From NCBI GenBank assembly GCA_965215605.1, contig OZ244070.1:2816001-2880000 (forward strand): a DNA stretch of 64,000 nucleotides, given 5' to 3'. Numbering within the stretch: the stretch's first letter is position 1; the number at the start of each line of letters is the position of its first letter. This document shows positions 48,054 to 58,456 of this stretch, piece by piece. Position numbers and translations under genes: made by a program. The stretch comes from an uncultured Candidatus Binatia bacterium. GTDB taxonomy: Bacteria > Desulfobacterota > Binatia > UBA9968 > JAJDTQ01. A model generated the notes under the pieces. It saw only the letters and a program-made list of their open reading frames with translations. It made no database searches and had not been told where the DNA came from.

Positions 48054-48830
48054 TCAGCAACGCGCCTTCTGCAACTCGTCGAGAAGCTCCGTGTACGCTT
48101 CCTCGCCGCCGCCCTCCCAGCGTTCCAGCAGCGCCGACCCGATGACGGCGATCTCGCAGCTTCCGTGAAGCTTTCGCACGTCGTTGCCGCCGGCGATGCC
48201 GAAGCCCAGGGCCAGGGGCACGTCGGTGGCCGCGCGGTAGCGGGCTATCAGCGGGCCGATGCCGGCCTTCAGGTCGGTGCGCTTGCCGGTGACGCCGCGC
48301 CGCGCCACGCCATAGACGAACCCCTGGCCGCGGCGGCCGATCTCGGCCAGACGCGCATCGGAGTTGGTGGGCGTGAACAGCGCGATGGGGTTCAACCCGT
48401 GCTCGTCGCTCAGGCGGAAGAGGTCGTGGTACTCCTCGATGGGGAGGTCGGGGACGATGAACCCCGCGGCTCCGGACCGGCTCAGGCGTTCGCAGAAAGT
48501 GCGGTGGGTGAGCCGGAACACGGTGTTGTAATACCCCATCATCAGGTGCGGAAACCCGAACCGTTCGGTGGCCCTTGCCATGAAATCGAAGTACTGGTCG
48601 ACGGAAAGGCCCTGCCTGAGGGCCTCCTGGTTGGCCCGGGCGAACACCGGCCCGTCGGCGATGGGCTCGCTGAAGGGCATCTGCAACTCCACCAAGTCCA
48701 CGTCCGCCCGCTCCATCCGCTCCAGCATGCGCCAGTTCACGTCGAGGGACGGATAGCCCACGATGACGTGGGTCATCAGCAGGATCTTCCGCGAAACGAG
48801 GCGGCTCTGTATGTAGGCGTGCAGATTCAC
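48054..48830 (-). CDS. trpA: Tryptophan synthase alpha chain
   Basis: GYPS, ELQMPFSEPIADGP, MGYYN, VPDLP, GVTG, GFGI, GSA. Confidence 0.93.
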   Translation of the reverse strand: MNLHAYIQSRLVSRKILLMTHVIVGYPSLDVNWRMLERMERADVDLVELQMPFSEPIADGPVFARANQEALRQGLSVDQYFDFMARATERFGFPHLMMGYYNTVFRLTHRTFCERLSRSGAAGFIVPDLPIEEYHDLFRLSDEHGLNPIALFTPTNSDARLAEIGRRGQGFVYGVARRGVTGKRTDLKAGIGPLIARYRAATDVPLALGFGIAGGNDVRKLHGSCEIAVIGSALLERWEGGGEEAYTELLDELQKARC

Positions 48831-50074
48831 CGGCCGGCTTTCCGTTCGAGGAACCGTTGCCAGCCGGGGTCGTTCAACGCCTCGGCGATGGTGAAGATGT
48901 CCTTGTCGCCGCGGCCGGACAGGGTGACCAGGACGTTCGTGCCGCGGCCCATGCCCGGCGCCTCCCGGATGGCCCCGGCGACGGCATGGGCGCTCTCCAG
49001 CGCGGCGATGATGCCTTCCCGGCGCAGCAGCGTCTGGAACGCCGCCAGCACCTCTTCGTCGGTGGCCGCCTCGAACCGGGCCCGCCCGCTCTCCCGCAGG
49101 CAGGCCAGGATCGGGCTTACCCCGATGTAGTCCAGTCCGGCGGCCACGGAGTGGGTGTGGCGCATCTGCCCTTCCTCGTCCTGGAGGAAGTAGGTCTTGT
49201 ACCCCTGGGCCACGCCGGGACTGCCGCCGGCGCCGGCCAGCCGGGCGGCGTGCCGCCCCGAGTCGAGCCCTTCGCCGCCCGCCTCGATGCCCACCAGCTC
49301 CACTTCGGCGTCGTCGACGAAACCCAGGAACGTGCCGGTGGCGTTGGAGCCGCCGCCGACGCAGCAGTACACCCGGTCCGGCAACCGGCCGGTGGCGGCG
49401 AGCATCTGCTCGCGGCACTCCTGACCGATGATCTGCTGGAACCAGGCGACCATCTGCGGGAACGGGTGCGGGCCGCAGGCGGTTCCCAGCACGTAGTGGG
49501 TGTCGTCCATGGAAAAGGCCCAGTCCCGCAGGCACTGGTTGATGGCGTCCTTGAGGGTGGCCGAGCCGTCCTCCACCGACACCACCTTGGCTCCGAGGCG
49601 TTCCATCCAGAAGACGTTGGGGCGCTGTCGCTCCACGTCCACCGCGCCCATGTAGATGGTGCAGTCGAGCCCCAGCCGCGCGGCCATGGTGGCGGTGGCG
49701 ACGCCGTGCTGCCCGGCGCCGGTCTCGGCGATGACGCGCTTCTTGCCCATGCGCGTCACCAGCAGCCCCTGGCCCATGACGTTGTTGATCTTGTGTGAGC
49801 CGGTCTGGTTGAGATCTTCCCGCTTCATGTAGATCGCGGGACCCCCCAGCGCTTCGCTCAGGTTCTTGAGATGGGTAATGGGCGTGGGCCGGCAGGAGTA
49901 TGTCTGCATCACCTCCTGGAACTCCTCCCAGAACGACGGGTCCTTGCGCGCCTCGGCGAAGGCGGCGATCAACTCGTCCAGAGTCGTGCGCAGGATCTCC
50001 GGCGTGAATGCGCCGCCGTAGGCGCCGAAGTAGCCGGTGCGCTCTTCCACGTTTTTCAGAAGGCTGTCCAGCAT
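48827..50074 (-). CDS. trpB: Tryptophan synthase beta chain
   Basis: KREDLNQTGSHKINN, AETGAGQHG, GGGSNA, SVAAGLDY, SGRGDKD. Confidence 0.96.
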   Translation of the reverse strand: MLDSLLKNVEERTGYFGAYGGAFTPEILRTTLDELIAAFAEARKDPSFWEEFQEVMQTYSCRPTPITHLKNLSEALGGPAIYMKREDLNQTGSHKINNVMGQGLLVTRMGKKRVIAETGAGQHGVATATMAARLGLDCTIYMGAVDVERQRPNVFWMERLGAKVVSVEDGSATLKDAINQCLRDWAFSMDDTHYVLGTACGPHPFPQMVAWFQQIIGQECREQMLAATGRLPDRVYCCVGGGSNATGTFLGFVDDAEVELVGIEAGGEGLDSGRHAARLAGAGGSPGVAQGYKTYFLQDEEGQMRHTHSVAAGLDYIGVSPILACLRESGRARFEAATDEEVLAAFQTLLRREGIIAALESAHAVAGAIREAPGMGRGTNVLVTLSGRGDKDIFTIAEALNDPGWQRFLERKAGR

Positions 50075-50244
50075 TGTTCCGAGGACTCACACGCAAGGAG
50101 GAGGTGGCTTCCCGAGGCCCACGCTTACGGAAGGTTTAAGGAGACTTGGCAGTTAAGTCAAACAGCGTGGGGTCCAAGGATGCGGTGTAGGTGCTATTAT
50201 AGAACAAGAGCCACAAATTGGAGCGATAAATCAGAGTTCATGAA

Positions 50245-50270
50245 TTACAGCCACAATTTACAGCCGCAAT
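50245..50270. repeat. 13-bp tandem direct repeat in an AT-rich divergent intergenic region
   Basis: TTACAGCCACAAT TTACAGCCGCAAT; partial third copy AGCCACAAAT near 50209. Confidence 0.6.
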
Positions 50271-50290
50271 TCGTCGTTTCCGGCCCCCCT

Positions 50291-50320
50291 CCGTCATTCC
50301 CGCGCAAGCGGGAATCCAGG
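50291..50320. repeat. REP/dRS3-like palindromic repeat, copy 2
   Basis: CCGTCATTCCCGCGCAAGCGGGAATCCAGG; one difference from 40781. Confidence 0.85.
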
Positions 50321-50363
50321 TGGGGCGGCAGACGGCCTTGCCGTGAACGAAGGGAGCCCACTC

Positions 50364-51260
50364 ATGAAGATACTTGTGACCGGAGCGACCGGGCTGGTCG
50401 GCAGCGCCCTGGTCCCGCTTCTCTCCGGCGGCGGTCATGAGGTGGCGCGGCTGGGCCGCGCCGCGGCGGGAACGGGCGACCTCCGCTGGGACCCGGACGC
50501 CGGCGTGCTCGAGGCGGCCGCGCTGGAGGGGTTCGACGGCGTGGTACACCTGGCCGGGGAGAACATCGCGTCCGGCCGCTGGACCGAGGCCAGGAAGCAG
50601 CGCATCAAGGAAAGCCGCGTAACCGGCACGCGCTTGCTTGCCGAGACACTCGCGGGCCTGGAGCGGCCGCCGCGGGTGCTGGTGTCGGCCTCCGCCATCG
50701 GCTTCTACGGCGACCGCGGCGAGGAGGAGCTCACGGAAGGGAGCCCGGCGGGCGCCGGCTTCCTTTCCGAGGTGTGCCGCGAATGGGAGGCGGCCACCGA
50801 GGCGGCGGAAGGAAAGGGCATCCGGGTCGCCCACGCGCGGCTGGGCGTGGTGCTCACCCGGGACGGCGGCGTCTTGGGCAAGATGCTGACCCCCTTCAGG
50901 CTCGGCGCCGGCGGCGTTCTCGGCAACGGCCGGCAGTACATGAGCTGGATCACCCTCGACGACACCGTTACGGCCATCGGCCACCTGCTCGGCACGGAGG
51001 CCGCGTCCGGTCCGGTGAACGTGGTGGCGCCGGCGGCGGTGACCAACCGCGAGTTCACCAAGACCTTGGGCCGCGTGCTGCGGCGTCCAACCCTGTTCCC
51101 CGTGCCCGGCTTCGCCGCCCGGCTGGCGTTCGGCGAGATGGCCGACGCGTTGCTGTTGGCCAGCACCCGTGTGAAGCCCGCCGGTCTGCTGGGCTCCGGG
51201 TACGCCTTCCGCCATGGCTCGCTGGAAGAGGGGCTGCGCCACGTCCTCGGCGCGCGTTGA
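50364..51260 (+). CDS. TIGR01777/YfcH-like NAD-dependent epimerase
   Basis: TGATGLVG, HLAGENI..RWT, SASAIGFYG, WE, G.GRQYMSWI. Confidence 0.92.
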   Translation: MKILVTGATGLVGSALVPLLSGGGHEVARLGRAAAGTGDLRWDPDAGVLEAAALEGFDGVVHLAGENIASGRWTEARKQRIKESRVTGTRLLAETLAGLERPPRVLVSASAIGFYGDRGEEELTEGSPAGAGFLSEVCREWEAATEAAEGKGIRVAHARLGVVLTRDGGVLGKMLTPFRLGAGGVLGNGRQYMSWITLDDTVTAIGHLLGTEAASGPVNVVAPAAVTNREFTKTLGRVLRRPTLFPVPGFAARLAFGEMADALLLASTRVKPAGLLGSGYAFRHGSLEEGLRHVLGAR

Positions 51261-51958
51261 TGGACCCGGCCGCGCTTACCTTCATCGGCGTCTCGAAGGT
51301 GTACGAAGGGGCGGGTTCCGCGGAGCGCTACGCGTTGCGGGACGTCAGCTTCGAGATCGCCTCGGGCCGGACCGTGGCCATCGTCGGCCGCAGCGGCAGC
51401 GGCAAGTCCACGCTGCTGCACCTGGCCGCCGGCATCGACGTGCCCACCCGCGGGTCGGTGGCGGTGCGCGGCACGCCCCTGGAGGGTCTCAACGAGACAG
51501 CGCGCACCCGACTACGCCGCCACGAGATAGGTTTCGTCTTTCAGCTTTTCCATCTTCTTCCCCATTTGACGGTGCGGGACAACGTGGCCCTGCCGGAGCT
51601 CATCGCCGGCGCCCGGGAGCGTTCCTTCCGGGCGCGGGTGGCGGCGCTGCTGGAAAGGGTCGGGCTGCCGGACCGCGCGGACGATCCGGTGGCCGGGCTC
51701 AGCGGCGGCGAGATGCAGCGGGTGGCCATCTGCCGGGCCTTGTTGCGGCGTCCCCGCCTGTTGCTGGCGGACGAGCCCACCGGAAGCCTGGACGACGCCA
51801 GCGGTCAGGTGGTGATGGAGTTGATGCTGCAGATGGTGGCGGAGGAGGGGGCGACGCTGATCTACGCCACCCACAGCCGTGAGTTGGCGGCGATGGCCGA
51901 CCACACCCTGCGGCTCCACAGCGGGACCCTGGAGCCGGAACCGGACGCCGCGGGATAG
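51260..51958 (+). CDS. ABC transporter ATP-binding protein (LolD/MacB-like)
   Basis: [36 protein letters not shown]. Confidence 0.95.
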   Translation: MDPAALTFIGVSKVYEGAGSAERYALRDVSFEIASGRTVAIVGRSGSGKSTLLHLAAGIDVPTRGSVAVRGTPLEGLNETARTRLRRHEIGFVFQLFHLLPHLTVRDNVALPELIAGARERSFRARVAALLERVGLPDRADDPVAGLSGGEMQRVAICRALLRRPRLLLADEPTGSLDDASGQVVMELMLQMVAEEGATLIYATHSRELAAMADHTLRLHSGTLEPEPDAAG

Positions 51959-51967
51959 GCCCGGACC

Positions 51968-54518
51968 ATGCTGCGCTACTTCTACAGGACCGTTTCGGCG
52001 CACTGGCGCACCAACCCGGTGCTCTACGGCCTGACCGTCCTGGGCGTGGCGCTGGGAGTGGCCTCGGTCATCAGCATCCGCATCCTCAACCAGAGCGCCA
52101 TCGCCTCGTTCGCCGCGGGCGTCCGCACCATCGGCGGCGCCGCCGACGTGGTGGTCACCGGCAAGGGCGGGACCCTGCCCGACACGTTCTACCCGCGTGT
52201 CCGAGGCACCCCGGAGGTGGCCGCGGCCTGGCCGGTCTTCGAGACTACCGTGGGCCTGGAGGGATCTCCCGGCACCTTCGTGCGGTTGCTGGGCGTCGAT
52301 CTGCTGGCGCCCGCCCGAGACTTTTGGGAAGCGCTTTCCGGACTGCGGTCCGAAGCGGAGTCCGGAGCGGCCGTGCGCGGCCGGAGCGGCCGTGCGCGGC
52401 CGGGGCTGGGCGGCGGTGACGCCGGAACTGGCGGCGGCCATGGGCTGGACCGTGGGCGACCGGTTCCAGGTCCGTGACGGCGCCCGCGTGCGCACGCTCC
52501 GGGTCGGTGCGTTCATCGACTTCCAGCGCTGGGGGGCTTCCGGGGGCCGCCGCGCCCTGGTGACGGACATCGCCGAGGCCCAGTCCCTGTTCGGCGGCGC
52601 CGGGACGCTCCACCGCATCGGCGTTACGGCCGCGGAGGGCGCCGACCTCGCGGCGCTGGCGGACCGCATCGAGCGCGGGCTGGGCGGCCGCGTGGACGCC
52701 GTCACCCCGTCGGAGCGCACCGGGCAGGCGCAGCAGCTACTCGGCGCCTTCCGCTTGAATCTCACCGCCTTGAGCATGGTCAGCCTGCTGGTGGGCACGT
52801 TCCTCGTGTTCAGCAGCATGCGCGCCTGTCTGGTGTGGCAGCGGAGGGAGTTCGGGGTGCTGCGCTCCCTGGGCTCCACCCCGGCGCAGGTGCTGGCGCT
52901 GATCCTGGGGGAGGCGGCGCTGCTGGGGGTCATGGGGGTGGTCATCGGCATTGTCGCCGGCTACTGGACCGCCATCTGGAATCTGGACGCGGTAAGCTCG
53001 ACCCTGACCAACGTCTACATGCTCCAGGAGATCGAGTCGCTGGAAGTGTCGGGCGGCACCCTGGCGCTGGCCGTGTTCGCGGGCCTGGGGGGAGCCCTGA
53101 GCGGTACGCTGCTGCCGGCCCTGGACGTGTGGCGAAGGGACACCCGGGCCCTGTTGGATACGTTCCCGACGCAGTCCGCCGGGGTCGTTGCCGCCCGCAT
53201 GCTCTTCCGTTCCGGCCTCGTGCTGGTGGCCGGCGCCCTGGCTTGGTACTGGCTCGCGGGCTGGCGTTGGCGGCCGTCGGGTTTCATCCTCGCCACCGCC
53301 ATGATGCTGTGCCTGCCGCTGCTCGCGCCCTGGCTGGTGCAGCGCCTGACCGGCCGCGTCCGGGTGCCGAACTTCGGTTTCCGGTACGGCGTCCGGAGCC
53401 TGGGGGCGACCCTGGCCAACACCTCCTTCTCGGTATCGTCCCTGGCCATGGCCGTGTGCCTGCTGGTGGGTATTACCTTGCTGGTGGAGAGCTTCCGCGA
53501 GACCCTGGTGCGCTGGGTGGACCGCTCGTTGCGCGCGGACGTCTACGTGACCGCCACCGTCGCGGCACGGCCCGGACCGGGCGCCACTCTCAGTGCGCCG
53601 CTGGTGGAACGGCTGGCCCGGGAGCCCGAGGTGGAAGGCCTCGATCCTCTCCGCCGCCTGTTCCTGCCCGTGGGCGGCCGGCGCGTGGCGGTGGTGGGGG
53701 TGGACCTGAGCCGCCCGGCGGAGCAGCGGCGCTTGGGGCTGCTTTCCGGCGGCGATGCCGTGGACAGGGCGGTGCGGGACCGCGGCGTGCTCATCGGCGA
53801 GCCGTTGTCCCGGAGCGCGTCGTTGAAGGTAGGGGACCGCGTGGAAATCGAAGGCCCGGAGGGACCGGTGCTGCTGCCCGTGTCCGGCATCTACCGCGAC
53901 TACACCGAGGGCGGCTCGGTCACCCTGGACCTCGGCCTGATGGCGGATAAACTCGGGGCCGGCCCCCTCACCAGCATCGCCCTTCACCTGAAGCCCGGCG
54001 CCGATGCCGAAGCCGTGGCCGCCGGCATCGAGAGCCGGCACCCTCGAGACTCCCTCAGGGTCCGAAGCAACCAACGCCTCAAGGACGACGTGCTTCACGT
54101 CTTCGACCAGACCTTCGCGGTGACCCGCATCCTCCAGGTCATGAGCCTCATCATCGCTGCCTGCGCCATCACCCTGACCCTGCTGGTGGTGGCCCAGGAA
54201 AAGGCCAGCGAGATCGCCCTCTACCGCACTCTGGGCGCCTACCGCCGGCAGGTGTTCCTGCTGTTCGTGAGCAAGGGCACCGCCATGGCCTTCCTCGGCC
54301 TGGCCATGGGCTACGCCGCCGGCGTCGCCCTCGGCATGATCCTGATCTTCGTCATCCAGAAGAGCTACTTCGGCTGGAGCATCGAGTGGACCTGGCCCTG
54401 GCTCCCCCTGGCCGGCGAAGCCCTTGCCATCGTTTGCGCCGCGGTGCTGGCGAGCCTGTACCCGGCGTTCAGAGCCAGCCGCACGCCGGCCAACGAGTTG
54501 TGTCATGCGGATGCGTGA
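51968..54518 (+). pseudogene. FtsX/MacB-type ABC permease frameshifted by a 19-bp tandem duplication
   Basis: CCGGAGCGGCCGTGCGCGG at 52362-52380 and 52381-52399; deleting one copy fuses ORFs 51968 and 52197 into 843 aa. Confidence 0.88.
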
Positions 54519-55662
54519 GCGGAAAGCCGGGCGCCCCTCGGGTCTGCTGGCATGGGTGCTCATGCTGGCGGGCGTCATGCTCTGGTCCGACGCCACGGTC
54601 CACGCCTGGACCCCGGCCCAGCCCGGCTACGTCTGGTCGTTCCCGCGCGACCATTGGGCCCGGGACGGCTACAAGACCGAATGGTGGTACTTCACCGGCC
54701 ACCTGCGCACCGTCGAGGAGCCCGCGCGCCGTTTCGGTTTTCAGTTCACCTTCTTCAGGATCGGCGTGTCGCAGGAGCTGCCCGACAGCGGCTCCGCGTG
54801 GAGCGCCGGCAACCTCATCATGGGTCACGCCGCCCTGACCGACCTGGAGACCGGCCGGCATCGCTTCAGCGAGCTGGTGGTACGGGCGGCCCCGCTGCTG
54901 GCCGGTTTCGGACGCCACCCGGACCCCCGGCTGGCCTGGAGCGTCGGCCCTCCGGGGACCCCGGAGCCGTGGGAGCTCCGGTGGAACGGTAACGGTTTCG
55001 ACTTCACCATGGCCGACGCGGGAAAGTCCTTTGGCTTCAGCCTGTCCACGCGCCCCCTCAAGCCGGTGGTGTTCCAGGGCCCCGGCGGCCTCAGCCGGAA
55101 GGGGGAGGGCGCCACCGAGGCCAGTCACTACTACAGCTTCACCCGCATGGCCACCACCGGCACGGTCCGCGTGGACGGCAAGGAGTTGGATGTCGGCGGG
55201 ACGAGCTGGATGGACAAGGAGTTCGGGTCCAACCAGCTCGGCGAGGACACGCAAGGGTGGGACTGGTTCAGCCTCCAGCTCGACGACGGGCGTGAGGTCA
55301 TGCTCTATCTGCTCCGGAGCCGTGACGGCGGTACTCGCTACGCCGGCGCCACGCTGGTGGACCCCGAGGGCGGCGGCCGCTACCTGCGCTCCGGTGAATG
55401 GATGTTGAACGCCACCGGCCAATGGACGAGCCCTGTCACCGATGCCACCTATCCTGCCGGCTGGACCCTCGATATCCCCACCGCCGCCATCCGCGCGGTC
55501 ATCAGCCCCGAGTTCGCCGATCAAGAAAACCGCAGCGCGCTGATCCCGAACCTGTTCTACTGGGAAGGCTCCGTCCGGGTCGAGGATGGGCAGCACAGGC
55601 GTATCGGACAAGGTTACGTGGAACTGACGGGGTACGGGGAGAACAGCCGCCCGCCGATTTGA
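54505..55662 (+). CDS. AttH/CrtC-like lipocalin-fold secreted protein
   Basis: FPRDH, EWWYFTG, SHYYSFTR, SWMDKEF, WDWFSLQL, YWEG, GYVELTGY; signal-like N-terminus. Confidence 0.88.
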   Translation: MRMRERKAGRPSGLLAWVLMLAGVMLWSDATVHAWTPAQPGYVWSFPRDHWARDGYKTEWWYFTGHLRTVEEPARRFGFQFTFFRIGVSQELPDSGSAWSAGNLIMGHAALTDLETGRHRFSELVVRAAPLLAGFGRHPDPRLAWSVGPPGTPEPWELRWNGNGFDFTMADAGKSFGFSLSTRPLKPVVFQGPGGLSRKGEGATEASHYYSFTRMATTGTVRVDGKELDVGGTSWMDKEFGSNQLGEDTQGWDWFSLQLDDGREVMLYLLRSRDGGTRYAGATLVDPEGGGRYLRSGEWMLNATGQWTSPVTDATYPAGWTLDIPTAAIRAVISPEFADQENRSALIPNLFYWEGSVRVEDGQHRRIGQGYVELTGYGENSRPPI

Positions 55663-55690
55663 ACTCCAGGGTGTAGAAACGGGGAGCGCT

Positions 55691-55798
55691 TTGGGTGTCG
55701 GGTCGGAGAGTCGTACAATGGAGGGCACGTCAGAGGCGACGAGAACCCTCGACGGCTGTATCGTTACCGCAAGCCGTGGTCTGGGCTCTTTGATCGCC
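55691..55798 (+). promoter_or_regulatory. Candidate promoter followed by a long imperfect hairpin
   Basis: TTGGGT, 17 bp, TACAAT (55714-19); GGCGA/TCGCC, CCC/GGG and ACGGCT/AGCCGT stems at 55735-55798. Confidence 0.4.
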
Positions 55799-55867
55799 AT
55801 GTCACAAGAAATATGAAGCTCGGACCGCCGAGGGGGGTGTCTGGCAAGGATGTGATTTGGCTTGTAA

Positions 55868-56686
55868 CGAGTACTCTTTTCCGATAACCCGGAACGCTAT
55901 GTTGCCGGCGCCTGCGTCAAGATCGGCTTCTTCGTGACCAATGACGATTTGCGGTATCAGGACGAGATTCACGGCAACCTGTTCAGCCAAGCTGAGAAAA
56001 CACTTGAGCTTCTGTTCTCCAAGTACCTGAAAGCCTATATCAGCTATGTGGGAATCCAGCGGCGGGAGAAGTTCCTGTTTCCCTACCAAGCCGTGCGTGA
56101 AGCGCTGCTCAATGCGGTTGTGCACAAGGATTACGGCAGCGGTATACCGATCCAGATCAGGGTTTATGACGACAAGGTAGTGCTGTGGAATTCCGGACAG
56201 CTACCGCAGGAATGGACGCTCGAACGACTTTTGGGCGAACACCCCTCAGCACCCTACAACCCACTCATCGCCAGCGCCTTTTTCCGCGCCGGCTACATAG
56301 AATCCTGGGGCCGCGGCATCGATAAGATTGATCGCGAATGCCGCGAACATGACATTGATCCACCTCGGTATGACAACAGCATGTCGGGGCTGATGCTGAC
56401 TTTTCAGGCGAACCCCGCGCATCTGGCAGCTACTCCTCATGCCGTCGGTGCGGAGGTGAATGCAGGGGTAGTGTCGGTAGAAACGCAGGTAGAAACGCAG
56501 GTAGAAACGCGGGACAGAATTGTCGAACTGCTCCGGGCACACCCGCATTTGACGTTGGCTGAGATAGCCGCTCAACTTGGCAAGTCAGTCTCGGCCATTG
56601 AGCGGGCAAGCGCCAAACTGACCCGCGAAGGACGGCTTCGCCGAGTTGGCCCCCGTAAAGGCGGCCACTGGGAAGTGATGAAATGA
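55868..56686 (+). pseudogene. 5'-truncated AlbA/RecG-C-type ATP-binding transcriptional regulator (HATPase-like + wHTH)
   Basis: REALLNAVVHKDY, NPLIA..F..AGYIESWGRG, C-terminal R.G..KGGHWEV; family-like sequence starts right after TAA at 55865 with no N-terminal domain; lower GC. Confidence 0.75.
56477..56510 (+). repeat. 12-bp tandem repeat (~3 copies) encoding VETQ linker
   Basis: GGTAGAAACGCA repeated. Confidence 0.85.
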
Positions 56687-56760
56687 CCAGCACCGGCGGT
56701 GTCGGTCAACCCGAACGCACCACCCAGAATCGGGTGGTCGCCCTGTTCCGCGACCAACCC
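56683..56760 (+). pseudogene. N-terminal stub of a second type I HsdR
   Basis: MTSTGGVGQPERTTQNRVVALFRDQ resembles HsdR N-termini; ATGA coupling; similarity ends after ~25 codons. Confidence 0.6.
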
Positions 56761-56861
56761 GCAGTAAGGCGACCTGAGCTGCATTCACTTCGCGCGGCTG
56801 CTGGAAAGGACCTTCCGCGGCTTCGTGCCGCCGCCCGTCCGCGTCCAGAAGGGAGGATTCC

Positions 56862-57410
56862 ATGAAGACATCCGTGGCAATCGTCGTCGCGGCGTTGGCG
56901 TGGGCCGGCGCGTTTGGCTCCGTAGCGGCGGAGGCACCCGCCGGGCCGGTGGTGCTGACCGTCGCGGGCGACATCGCGACGGCCAACCGGCCTGCCTACG
57001 ACGAAGAACGCGACGTGTTCCTCAAGTATCACAAGCGCACCTTCGACAGGGCGTTCGCGTTCGACCGCGCCATGTTGGAGAGCCTGGGGGTCAGAAAGGT
57101 CCGCGCCGGCGAGAGTTGGGCCGGCCCCAGGACCGTGACCGGCCCGCGTCTGGCGGACGTTCTGGAAGCCGCGGGTTGCCGTGGCAGGGCGCTCGAATTC
57201 CTGGCCCTCGACGGATTCCGTTTCAGTTTGTCCAGGGAGGATGTCGAAGCGCGCGAGTGGGTGGTCGCGACCCGGGCCGACGGCCGGCCCCTTGGCCTGG
57301 GGGACCGGGGTCCCCTCTGGCTGGTTATCGATCCCCCCGGCGAACGGCCGGCCACGGCAAAGGAGATCGGCCACGGGCCCTGGGCGCTGTTCTTCATCGA
57401 GTGTCAATAG
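56862..57410 (+). CDS. Exported molybdopterin-oxidoreductase-like protein (COG3915-like)
   Basis: Signal peptide, VVLTVAG, GPRLADVL, ALDGF, G.RGPLWL. Confidence 0.72.
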   Translation: MKTSVAIVVAALAWAGAFGSVAAEAPAGPVVLTVAGDIATANRPAYDEERDVFLKYHKRTFDRAFAFDRAMLESLGVRKVRAGESWAGPRTVTGPRLADVLEAAGCRGRALEFLALDGFRFSLSREDVEAREWVVATRADGRPLGLGDRGPLWLVIDPPGERPATAKEIGHGPWALFFIECQ

Positions 57411-57511
57411 GCACGGTTTGGTGTTTGTACGGCGCCCCGGAACCGTCTGGGATTTTTCATGGGCATTCGTTTGTCCGCCGGTTCTCAAGACAGGCCAACG
57501 GGAGGGGATTG

Positions 57512-58339
57512 ATGTCGGATATCAACGAAGTCGGCGCCACCGCCTTTCTCATCGCGGGCATCCGGGAGCAGGAGAAGGACCGGGAACACCCGCTCTTCAA
57601 GGATCCCTACGCGGAGTGGTTCGTCAATGACGAAATCCGGGCGAAGCTCCGGCAGGTGTTCACGGCCTTGCCCGAGGGGATGGAACTGGTCCGTTACCGT
57701 TCCGCCCTGTTCGATGACATCATCCGGCGCGAGACCGGCAACGGCATGCGCCAAGTGGTCATTCTCGGCTCCGGGTTCGACATGCGGCCGCATGTGTTTC
57801 AGGCCGAGGGCGTACGGTTCTGCGACGTGGACCAGGCCGCGGTGCTGGCGTTCAAGGGCAGGGTGCTGGAAGGCCACGGCCTGACCCCTTGCGCGGCCAT
57901 CCCGTGCAACTATCTCGAAGTCGACCTGCCCGCGAAGCTGGCGGAGGCGGGGTTCGATCCGGATGCGCCGATGCTGATCGTCTGGGAGGGAAACACCATG
58001 TACCTGCCGGAGGAACTCATCCACGGCTTCCTCAACCGGCTGCGCCAGGGGATACGGTCCTTCAGGATCGCCTTCGACTTCTTCGCCAGAAGCGTCATCG
58101 ACCGCACCACCGGCGACGAGAACATCACCGCCACCACCGATGCCTTCGAGAACACTCTGAACGTGAAATGGCTGACGGGCTTCGACGACCTTTCCGTTCT
58201 GGAGGAGCGCACCGGCTTGAAAGCGGTGGAGTTCGGGAGCCTGCTGGACTTCGGCAAACGGTTGGCGCCGGATTACCCGACGGATATTCCGCAGTTGGAC
58301 CTGTACCATTACGGAATCATGAGTCACGGGGAGGGCTGA
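57512..58339 (+). CDS. SAM-dependent methyltransferase (LCM/TIGR00027-like)
   Basis: TAF..A..R, F.DPYA, QVVILGSGFDMR, WEGNTMYL; GGAGG RBS. Confidence 0.88.
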   Translation: MSDINEVGATAFLIAGIREQEKDREHPLFKDPYAEWFVNDEIRAKLRQVFTALPEGMELVRYRSALFDDIIRRETGNGMRQVVILGSGFDMRPHVFQAEGVRFCDVDQAAVLAFKGRVLEGHGLTPCAAIPCNYLEVDLPAKLAEAGFDPDAPMLIVWEGNTMYLPEELIHGFLNRLRQGIRSFRIAFDFFARSVIDRTTGDENITATTDAFENTLNVKWLTGFDDLSVLEERTGLKAVEFGSLLDFGKRLAPDYPTDIPQLDLYHYGIMSHGEG

Positions 58340-58456
58340 GCAGCGCCCCGGGGCTTCCGCGATTCTCCATGAGCCCGCCGATCCGGACTTTCCCGAGCTC
58401 TCCAAGGCGGCCGCGGCGTTCCTTTGACAGCGTGCAGGGCGTGGTACCCTGAAAGC

